This document shows positions 49,140 to 56,093 of a DNA stretch of 64,000 bases, one piece after another. The translations under genes were made by a program, and so were the position numbers. The notes beneath the pieces are model-generated. The model was not told where the DNA came from and searched no databases. It saw nothing but the letters and a program-made list of their open reading frames with translations. The stretch's first letter is position 1, and every line of letters begins with the position of its first letter. This stretch comes from a virus, in the IMG/VR virus record IMGVR_UViG_3300023184_000033, positions 1 to 64,000 of that record, one strand, 5' to 3'.

Positions 49140-49353
49140 CCATATTAAAATACATTAGGATGCGATTGTCGTTCCAGAACTTCATCTGGCTTCTCACGGC
49201 TTCGTCTGCCGATAAGACAATCTACACATTACGATTCAACTAATTCCAGCGCAGTCGGATTGCTTCATGTAACTTATAAGGTTCACAGCGGCCTGTGATA
49301 CGTGCCAAATAAGTCACCTACTGGAGTTGGTAACCTAATGTATTTTAATATGG
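49140..49353 (-). ncRNA. inverted-repeat-closed structured RNA starting at tRNA-Glu CCA
   Basis: perfect 20-bp IR CCATATTAAAATACATTAGG. Confidence 0.6.
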
Positions 49354-49426
49354 CGTCCCGTAGGGGATTCGAACCCCTGTGAATAGCGTGAAAGGCTACT
49401 ATCCTAGGCCTCTAGATGAACGGGAC
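49351..49426 (-). tRNA. tRNA-Glu(UUC)
   Basis: loop CTTTCAC. Confidence 0.9.
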
Positions 49427-49445
49427 AATATTAAATACAATCTAA

Positions 49446-49458
49446 TTTTTAAAGAACA
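49446..49458 (-). promoter_or_regulatory. rrn-type boxA-like antitermination site TGTTCTTTAAAAA
   Basis: close match to boxA TGCTCTTTAACAA; duplicated at 50557-50569. Confidence 0.65.
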
Positions 49459-49604
49459 TTTGCTAGTAATTTTTCAACTAGCGGCCTCGGGGATTCGATC
49501 CCTCTGCATTGCAATCAAGCACCAATGTTCCTCATTGGTTTTTGTGTTACCTGTGTTCCTCACAGGACTTGGTTGGATCAACTAATTTCTCAATCGATAC
49601 ACGT

Positions 49605-49632
49605 ATTATATACGAACCGGTTGGTTTGTCAA
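49605..49632 (-). promoter_or_regulatory. sigma70-type promoter TTGACA-16-TATAAT
   Basis: consensus boxes with tandem GTTGT-N6-ACAAC palindromes upstream. Confidence 0.75.
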
Positions 49633-49679
49633 CCACTTTCTTGTTGTATTTTTACAACGTTGTTTTTATACAACATATA

Positions 49680-49757
49680 TGGAGGTGCAGGTGAGATTTG
49701 AACTCACGATTTTACAGTTTTGCAGGCTGTTGCCTTGGACCGCTCGGCCACTGCACC
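49680..49757 (-). tRNA. tRNA-Cys(GCA)
   Basis: loop CTGCAAA, U73. Confidence 0.9.
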
Positions 49758-49764
49758 ATATTTT

Positions 49765-49852
49765 TGGCAGAGAGTATGAGATTCGAACTCATGCACCGCT
49801 TTCGCAATGACGGTTTAGCAAACCGCTCCTTTAACCACTCAGGCAACTCTCT
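49765..49852 (-). tRNA. tRNA-Ser(GCU)
   Basis: long variable arm, loop TTGCTAA. Confidence 0.9.
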
Positions 49853-49857
49853 AAACT

Positions 49858-50226
49858 TTATCCTTCTTTATTCAATGAAACACTTTCGGAATAGTAGCCG
49901 TTAGACTCACCATACCAACGAATGTCAACATAACCTTTGATAGTTGCTAGCTTGTAGAATGTCCATGTGAACGAATCTTGGTATTCTGATACTTCAGCAC
50001 CTTCTGGATTTTCATTGCTTGAAGATTCTTCAGCAACAAGCAATGGAACACCAATCAAGTCTTGAACATCACCAACAACGGACTCAACCGAAACAGATTC
50101 GCAACAATCTTGGTAATGGTACATGTTGTACACTTCACCATCAACAGTAACAAACTTAATGTTGTCACTGCCAACATCAACTTCTTTTAAAACTTTTCCT
50201 AGCAGAGATTCAAAATTTACGTACAT
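49858..50226 (-). CDS. conserved phage protein (HYQDCCESV...WYGESNGYYSE)
   Basis: AAGGA RBS before MYVNF. Confidence 0.75.
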   Translation of the reverse strand: MYVNFESLLGKVLKEVDVGSDNIKFVTVDGEVYNMYHYQDCCESVSVESVVGDVQDLIGVPLLVAEESSSNENPEGAEVSEYQDSFTWTFYKLATIKGYVDIRWYGESNGYYSESVSLNKEG

Positions 50227-50245
50227 ATAATATCCTTTATAAAAA

Positions 50246-50337
50246 TGGCGGAAGACAGAGGAGTCGAACCCCATCCCATTTCTGAGAACCTGGTTTTCAA
50301 GGCCAGTCGCAGGACCATCCCCGCTGCATTATCTTCC
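50246..50337 (-). tRNA. tRNA-Ser(UGA)
   Basis: long variable arm, loop CTTGAAA. Confidence 0.85.
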
Positions 50338-50339
50338 GT

Positions 50340-50470
50340 TGCCATATAGAAACTCTCTGTAGGATTTGCACCTAATTGTAACCTTATCTTCCTTGCAGGT
50401 TCTTGTATTGGTCGACTTTTACAAGTTTACTGTTTTCAAGTGTAGTTACACAGAGAGTTTTTATATGGCA
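50340..50470 (-). ncRNA. inverted-repeat-closed RNA with a T-arm-like hairpin, starting at tRNA-Gln CCA
   Basis: 21-bp IR with one mismatch; TAGG-TGCAAAT-CCTA. Confidence 0.6.
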
Positions 50471-50539
50471 GGGGATACAAGAATCGAACTTGTACTAACA
50501 GATTCAAAGTCTGCTGTGCTACCACTACACAAATCCCCA
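50466..50539 (-). tRNA. tRNA-Gln(UUG)
   Basis: loop CTTTGAA. Confidence 0.9.
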
Positions 50540-50556
50540 ACAAAATACAATCTAAT

Positions 50557-50569
50557 TTTTTAAAGAACA
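50557..50569 (-). promoter_or_regulatory. rrn-type boxA-like site
   Basis: TGTTCTTTAAAAA just before first tRNA. Confidence 0.65.
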
Positions 50570-50632
50570 ATTTTGTATTGTAACAGACACGATGGTCTTC
50601 GGCAATACATGGTGTTGTTTTTATGAAACACC

Positions 50633-50667
50633 AAACAAAAAACCCTTAGATGTTTAGTCTAAGGGTC
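50633..50667 (-). terminator. attenuator terminator
   Basis: GACCCTTAGA-CTAAACA-TCTAAGGGTT then TTTTGTTT. Confidence 0.8.
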
Positions 50668-50694
50668 TTGTGTTTAGAATCTTTTTAGAACTTT

Positions 50695-50805
50695 TTAGTT
50701 CATCCTCTCCACACAAAACCCGGCTGGCCATGGCATATCGGCACAATTAATACTTGTGCGATACTCTGACTGTAACGTAAAGGGTTTATGGGATATGAGA
50801 GACAC
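50695..50805 (-). CDS. putative attenuation leader peptide containing all 20 amino acids (MSLISHKPFTLQSEYRTSINCADMPWPAGFCVERMN)
   Basis: GTG start after GAAAG; 36 codons; overlaps antiterminator strand. Confidence 0.7.
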   Translation of the reverse strand: MSLISHKPFTLQSEYRTSINCADMPWPAGFCVERMN

Positions 50806-50838
50806 TTTTTTCTTTCGATTAATTTAATTTATGTATGT

Positions 50839-50867
50839 ATTATATATGTATATATGAGGATTGGCAA
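50839..50867 (-). promoter_or_regulatory. sigma70-type promoter TTGCCA-17-TATAAT of the tRNA operon leader
   Basis: near-consensus boxes; palindrome at 50904-50919. Confidence 0.75.
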
Positions 50868-50921
50868 GAGGTTTTATGGTTTTTTTGTAACTATTTGAAA
50901 TATGTTGTAAAAAAACAACAA

Positions 50922-51431
50922 TTACGGGTACTCTTTCCATCCTAGAGGTTCAATTTCCAACACAGGTGCATCTATGTTGTAGATTTCTTGGAACACTTCC
51001 CACAGTTTTTCTTTAATAGCAAACTTTGCAAAAAGGCCTGTCTCCATGCCGTGTGCTTCAACTTCCCAAGGACACAACCAGTAGTCTTCACCGGTTTGTC
51101 TTTGTCCTTTCCAGCGAGTCAAAGATTCGTTTGTTTCTCCGTAAGCAAACTGTTTGATGTGTACCATTTCATGTGCAATGGTCTTTAGAATATCCTTTGC
51201 GTTCATAAGAGAGTACACTTCAATTTCAAATTCTCTTGGTTTGTTGCTTTCGTTGCAATCAACTACATGAGCATAACCCATAGCATCCATAGTGTCGTTG
51301 AATTTGATTTTAATTGTCAGATTTTCTGCCATTTTATCAGACAACAATTCCTTAGCGTAAAACATGGTGGCACGCTTCACATAGGGGCGAAATCGTTCTT
51401 TGTCTGGACAACCAACAATACTTAGTTTCAT
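50922..51431 (-). CDS. zincin-like metallopeptidase
   Basis: AHEMVHIKQ, PWEVEA. Confidence 0.75.
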   Translation of the reverse strand: MKLSIVGCPDKERFRPYVKRATMFYAKELLSDKMAENLTIKIKFNDTMDAMGYAHVVDCNESNKPREFEIEVYSLMNAKDILKTIAHEMVHIKQFAYGETNESLTRWKGQRQTGEDYWLCPWEVEAHGMETGLFAKFAIKEKLWEVFQEIYNIDAPVLEIEPLGWKEYP

Positions 51432-51497
51432 TTGGCACCTAAAATAGTAGTTAATTATATTTATTTACTATCGAGTTTGTGTGCTAATAATTTCACC

Positions 51498-51938
51498 TTA
51501 TGAAACGTGTACTATCTCTACTCCACACTTCCCTAAGAAGGTTAAACCATCTTCATTTCGATAATGTTCACCAAAGTATACTTTTTTAATTCCGGATGTA
51601 AAGATTTGTTTTGCACAATCAATACATGGTGCATGAGTTAAAAACATGTCTGCACCATCACCAGACTCCGTTGACTTGGCTAATTTTGCAATTGCATTGG
51701 CTTCCGCATGAATGACTTCTGGTTTAGTTTTATATTCGTAACGACCAAATTCATCATCACCAATACGAACTAGATTTTCACATTCATTTGTCCAACCAGG
51801 AGGCATTCCATTATAACCAATACTCAATACTCTATTGTCTTTAACAACAATTGCACCAACTTTGAGTCTTATAGCTGTAGACAGAGATGCATAAATCTGA
51901 GCCACCTTCATGTGTGCATCAATAAACTTTTGTTTCAC
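51498..51938 (-). CDS. cd: dCMP deaminase
   Basis: GYNG, HAEANA, PCIDC. Confidence 0.92.
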   Translation of the reverse strand: MKQKFIDAHMKVAQIYASLSTAIRLKVGAIVVKDNRVLSIGYNGMPPGWTNECENLVRIGDDEFGRYEYKTKPEVIHAEANAIAKLAKSTESGDGADMFLTHAPCIDCAKQIFTSGIKKVYFGEHYRNEDGLTFLGKCGVEIVHVS

Positions 51939-52728
51939 CTAAAGCCTCTTTTGTTTTTGTCATGTCTGCCCGTGTATATTTTTGATACGAATTCTTCAAT
52001 TCTTCCGGCATTGGAGTATAATTCACAACAGATGGATATTTTTTACCGATCTCTGTAGCAACTTCTAAGAAACTCTTAGTGGTTCCTGTACCTAAATTAA
52101 AAAGTCCACTCTGTTCAGTTTTCATGAACATTAAATGATATTGAACAATCTCACTCACATGAATAAAGTCTCTGTAATATAAATTTGACATGTCAAATAT
52201 TTTTATTTTTCCGTTAAGTTTAGCTTGTTGTGTAAACTTGTGATATGGACTTGCTTGGTCACCTTTGTGTTCTTCACCTTCTGGTCCATACACATTAAAA
52301 TACCTGAATATCTGTGTTCTGGCACCCATTGGATGACGTTCAATATATCTTTCACTAAGATACTTAGACCACGCATAAGGTGTTCTTGGATCAACCAAGG
52401 CATCTTCTCTAAATGAACTTACTAATCCATAAACACTCGCAGAACTAGAGAATTGAAAGTTTACACCATAAGTTTTGCAAGAACCATAGAGTTGTCTAGT
52501 AAAATCATAATTTTGTCTCATTACTTTTTCAACATCACGTTCGGTTGTAGAACTAATGGCACCCATATGAATAACCCAATCTTGTTCCATAACACTAGGC
52601 ATGTTGCCATCATCCCAATCAAAAGTAGAAACGTTATGTCCTTCTTTCTCTAAGGCAACCAACATGTGTTGGCCAATAAAGCCTTTGTGACCAGTTAATA
52701 GTATGTTCATTTCCACATCCAAATCCAT
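51919..52728 (-). CDS. hldD: ADP-L-glycero-D-manno-heptose 6-epimerase
   Basis: G..GFIG, GAISSTTE, SSASVYG, YAWSK, RYFNVYGP..EHKG, YQKYTRAD. Confidence 0.85.
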   Translation of the reverse strand: MDLDVEMNILLTGHKGFIGQHMLVALEKEGHNVSTFDWDDGNMPSVMEQDWVIHMGAISSTTERDVEKVMRQNYDFTRQLYGSCKTYGVNFQFSSSASVYGLVSSFREDALVDPRTPYAWSKYLSERYIERHPMGARTQIFRYFNVYGPEGEEHKGDQASPYHKFTQQAKLNGKIKIFDMSNLYYRDFIHVSEIVQYHLMFMKTEQSGLFNLGTGTTKSFLEVATEIGKKYPSVVNYTPMPEELKNSYQKYTRADMTKTKEALGETKVY

Positions 52729-53261
52729 TGATAACCATCATAGATTCTTTCGTTACCGATAAGATCCATATATTGTTTGATATAGTAACCTTTGCCTTTA
52801 TTTCCAAAGTTATCATCAACAACGACCATAGTCTTTTCTGTTAACGAAGGACAAATTGCTAGCAATTCAAAAATGTGATGTAAAGAACTTTCGTGTTCTA
52901 TACCTTCATAGAAATCATAACTATCCAAATACAACAAATCAATTTTTTCATCTTTGTTAAATTGTTTGAGAAAAGCAACAGAATCTGATAATACAATATT
53001 TGTATTTGTATTTGTTACTTGTGTTTTAGCAAATATAACATTTGTTGGTGAGTTGTCAACTGAATAGAATCTTCCACCATTTTCATTCAAGTATTGGTCA
53101 AAAATTTCTGTGCTACAACCAGCACCATAATCTTCAGCTTCTCTAATGCAACCAGTTTCTACAATCAAAGGATTATGAATACCCTTTAAATGATTTACCA
53201 TCAGTTGAAAAGATGGTGTTCGTTGCCTTGTTAATTCTAAATGTTGTTCTACTGTTTTCAT
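52707..53261 (-). CDS. SAM-dependent methyltransferase-like protein
   Basis: IVETG, DLLYLDS, VVDDN...KG. Confidence 0.75.
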   Translation of the reverse strand: MKTVEQHLELTRQRTPSFQLMVNHLKGIHNPLIVETGCIREAEDYGAGCSTEIFDQYLNENGGRFYSVDNSPTNVIFAKTQVTNTNTNIVLSDSVAFLKQFNKDEKIDLLYLDSYDFYEGIEHESSLHHIFELLAICPSLTEKTMVVVDDNFGNKGKGYYIKQYMDLIGNERIYDGYQWIWMWK

Positions 53262-53617
53262 TTTTGACTATCACCTTTCATAACACGATAATTATCTTCA
53301 ACAGAATCTGGTGTAGAAACTTCAATAATAGTTCCTGTTTCATCACAGATGATTTGATGTGGTAATAGTGGTGGATTATGCCACACATCACCACGTTTTA
53401 ATTTAACTTCATCCATCTCAGCATTTTTTGTATTGATTACTTTAACAGTAAATTCACCATCAAGTACATACCACGTTTCATCTTTCTCTGCATGGAAATG
53501 CATGGAGAATTTTGCACCTTTACGGAAGTTCAATAACTTGCCGCAGTATTTGTCAGTTGAGGCCCAAATCAATTCATTGCCCCAACCTTTTTCAACGAAA
53601 CCATTTAATCTAGTCAT
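53258..53617 (-). CDS. cupin sugar isomerase (mannose-6-P/D-lyxose isomerase-like)
   Basis: KGWG.E, SMHFH..K.E, H, EVST. Confidence 0.8.
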   Translation of the reverse strand: MTRLNGFVEKGWGNELIWASTDKYCGKLLNFRKGAKFSMHFHAEKDETWYVLDGEFTVKVINTKNAEMDEVKLKRGDVWHNPPLLPHQIICDETGTIIEVSTPDSVEDNYRVMKGDSQK

Positions 53618-54375
53618 AGAATTTCCTCTAACTTTGGTGCATAGACACCCATATGTTGTACTGTCAATGATGAAGCTTTCATTGCTAGTTTAATTGCTTC
53701 TTCAATGTTATTATATTTTAGATAACCAAAAGTTAGTGCAGATAGAAATGTATCACCAGCACCAGTCACATCAACTACCTCAACAAGGTGAGAACCAAAA
53801 ATACAGTTGTCATATCTGACACCTTTATCACCCAATGTAACAATCAATTTATGTGCAAATGTATTACTAGTTACCTTGCTAAATTCTAACTCATTTATTT
53901 TAACAAAGCAACCATCAAAACGCTTTAAATCGGTTTTCTTTGTATCAACAAAAATAGGACCTTTAAATTCTTTACGAATTTCTTCTACCACTTCGTAAGA
54001 GATTGTGCCTTTGTTGTAATCTGAAACAACAATTGCATCATATAATTTTGGAATTTCGGTGGCGAATACCAATGGGTCACATTGAACATCATCATCAATA
54101 CGAACGATGTGTTGTTTACTTTTTAAATCTATCAATCTTGTTTTGCACGAAATACCATTACTCAGAAATGTAACTTTACATCCAAGTGCTTCAAGGTTTT
54201 CTTTAACGTTTGCAGCCATTCCAGGTTTTGTTTCCTCATGTGAGAACTTGAAAACTGGAACTGGTGCTTCGGGACTGATACGTTCAACTGTACCGTATTG
54301 ATACACATCTAGGCAATCATCGCCTATCAGTAATATGTTGAATGATTTTTGTGGTTGAGTGTTTGGTATGTTCAT
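53614..54375 (-). CDS. hldA: D-glycero-beta-D-manno-heptose-7-phosphate kinase (RfaE1/HldA, PfkB family)
   Basis: RISPEAPVPV, SDYNKG, DVTGAGD. Confidence 0.9.
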   Translation of the reverse strand: MNIPNTQPQKSFNILLIGDDCLDVYQYGTVERISPEAPVPVFKFSHEETKPGMAANVKENLEALGCKVTFLSNGISCKTRLIDLKSKQHIVRIDDDVQCDPLVFATEIPKLYDAIVVSDYNKGTISYEVVEEIRKEFKGPIFVDTKKTDLKRFDGCFVKINELEFSKVTSNTFAHKLIVTLGDKGVRYDNCIFGSHLVEVVDVTGAGDTFLSALTFGYLKYNNIEEAIKLAMKASSLTVQHMGVYAPKLEEIL

Positions 54376-54718
54376 AAAATATTATTTCACCGCAATGTTC
54401 TTCACCAATTATTGGCTTGTTACGATAGTCACTTCCTTTTACCATAATATCAGGTTCATATAATTGAATCATGAGTTCCAAATCTTCATCGGTACCGAAC
54501 AGTTTAACTTCATCGACACCTTTTAATCTAGATAACATGAATCTTCTATCTTCTTGATTATTTATTGGCCGTGTAGGACCTTTTAATCGACCAACTCTAA
54601 GGTCTGTATCTATTGCCACCAAAAGATAATCACCTAGACTTGCCGCATATTCGAGCATTTCTAGGTGACCACGATGTAAAATATCGAAAGTGCCATTAAC
54701 GAATATTTTTTTAGACAT
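54317..54718 (-). CDS. hldC: heptose-1-phosphate adenylyltransferase (RfaE2/HldC)
   Basis: NGTFDILHRGH, KG..RP, KGSDY, STTKII. Confidence 0.9.
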   Translation of the reverse strand: MSKKIFVNGTFDILHRGHLEMLEYAASLGDYLLVAIDTDLRVGRLKGPTRPINNQEDRRFMLSRLKGVDEVKLFGTDEDLELMIQLYEPDIMVKGSDYRNKPIIGEEHCGEIIFYEHTKHSTTKIIQHITDRR

Positions 54719-54719
54719 T

Positions 54720-54926
54720 TCAAGTTTTATTCAGAATATTCCGGACAACTTTATCTTTTACCATATCAGGAATAGTTAGATATGGCCACTCTAAAAAGAA
54801 TGGACAAATATTTTGCCATCGGTTGTTCTTCAAAAAATATCCAAATTCTTTAAGGTCTTTTTTAGAATTAGGATCAAAACTCCTGCGTCTAGTTAAAATC
54901 TCTTGGTTAATTTTATTCAATATCAT
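54720..54926 (-). CDS. hypothetical protein
   Basis: CPF.LEWP motif. Confidence 0.6.
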   Translation of the reverse strand: MILNKINQEILTRRRSFDPNSKKDLKEFGYFLKNNRWQNICPFFLEWPYLTIPDMVKDKVVRNILNKT

Positions 54927-55132
54927 TTCACGGCCTCTAAAGAATCTTTACGCAAATAATGTAATTGTTGAGTTCTATCTTGTGATGGCATAAATTTTGT
55001 CACAGGAAGAAAAGTCACACCATCAATCTCATTGGGTTCCCAATGTGTATAGGTGTAGAAAACCTCTCCTGAGCCATTACGCACACGATACTTCTTCAAT
55101 ACGGGTTTGAATTGTGGTTTAGAATTTTTCAT
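54923..55132 (-). CDS. hypothetical protein
   Basis: ORF downstream of promoter. Confidence 0.6.
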   Translation of the reverse strand: MKNSKPQFKPVLKKYRVRNGSGEVFYTYTHWEPNEIDGVTFLPVTKFMPSQDRTQQLHYLRKDSLEAVK

Positions 55133-55141
55133 AATGTATAT

Positions 55142-55176
55142 ATTATATCAAATAAAAAGGGCTCTGTCAAGAGCCC
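55142..55176 (-). promoter_or_regulatory. terminator hairpin overlapping a TTGACA-17-TATAAT promoter
   Basis: GGGCTCT-TGAC-AGAGCCC-TTTTT; the -35 box lies in the loop. Confidence 0.75.
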
Positions 55177-55259
55177 CTAAGGTTATTTGCCTTTTGTTTG
55201 GAAACGTTCCGGATGATTGAGGCGTTCCCACTCCTCATCGGATACGGGCCACCAGTACA

Positions 55260-55697
55260 TCATTCACCGCCTTTGATACCAATTTTCTTGATAGCGTCTT
55301 GGGTTTTGACAATGTTTTCCAACCAAACTTTAAGCATACCATTAACCATTTCGGCATCTTTGATTTCTACCTTATCGTTCAAGGTAAAAACACGTTCAAA
55401 TGCACGATTGGCAATTCCTTGGAACAAGAAGGTTTCATCTTCAGAGTCCTTAGTTGTGCCTTTGATAGAGAGTTTGTTGCCATCCATGGTAACTTCAATA
55501 TCAGATTTTGCAAAACCTGCAACAGCCATTTCGATAACGTATTTGTTATCTTTGACTTGTTTGATATTGTATGGAGGATAGCCCATTGCTTTAGAAGCAG
55601 TTTCTGTGGCTTTACGTAGTGTATTGATGGTATCTTCATAACCAATAAATTGGCTAAAAATATCTTTACCTAAAAAATCTTTCATTAAATATGTCAT
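55260..55697 (-). CDS. small heat-shock protein Hsp20 (IbpA-like)
   Basis: YPPYNI, AVAGF, GIA.RAF.R.F, NGML. Confidence 0.92.
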   Translation of the reverse strand: MTYLMKDFLGKDIFSQFIGYEDTINTLRKATETASKAMGYPPYNIKQVKDNKYVIEMAVAGFAKSDIEVTMDGNKLSIKGTTKDSEDETFLFQGIANRAFERVFTLNDKVEIKDAEMVNGMLKVWLENIVKTQDAIKKIGIKGGE

Positions 55698-55707
55698 TTT
55701 TCACCCC

Positions 55708-55917
55708 TCACTTAGTAAATAATTTAGAAACAACAGTTTGTGCGGCCAAACCAGAAACTTCCCAGGCAGATTTTGCAATCTGTTTGGTGAATACTGTTTG
55801 TGCTTCAACAAATTGTTGTAGTGGTGCTTTGACAGCTTTGTCTTGAATGAAAGTGTCCAACCAAGTAGTTTTATTTGATTGAATGGCGTCAATAGCCATG
55901 TTTGCATAGAATAGCAT
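55708..55917 (-). CDS. hypothetical helical protein
   Basis: AAGGAG RBS. Confidence 0.6.
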   Translation of the reverse strand: MLFYANMAIDAIQSNKTTWLDTFIQDKAVKAPLQQFVEAQTVFTKQIAKSAWEVSGLAAQTVVSKLFTK

Positions 55918-56093
55918 AGTTTGCTCCTTAATTAAGCGAGTTAAAATTTGTCACCCCGAAGGCATGACGGTATTTCCAGGTTACCTTATCTGGTCCAAAT
56001 TATCGTATTGGAGGTGTAATTACACGGACGCCTTTTACCGTAGCATCAAACAGCCCTAAGGTGGGCCTATCATATCATTATTTATATTGGTTG

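Noticed and set aside
44513-50563. ORFs overlapping tRNA genes (44513..44710, 44785..45153, 48401..48598, 48721..48951, 49698..49904, 50366..50563)
   Set aside because: Artefacts of reading through tRNA sequences.
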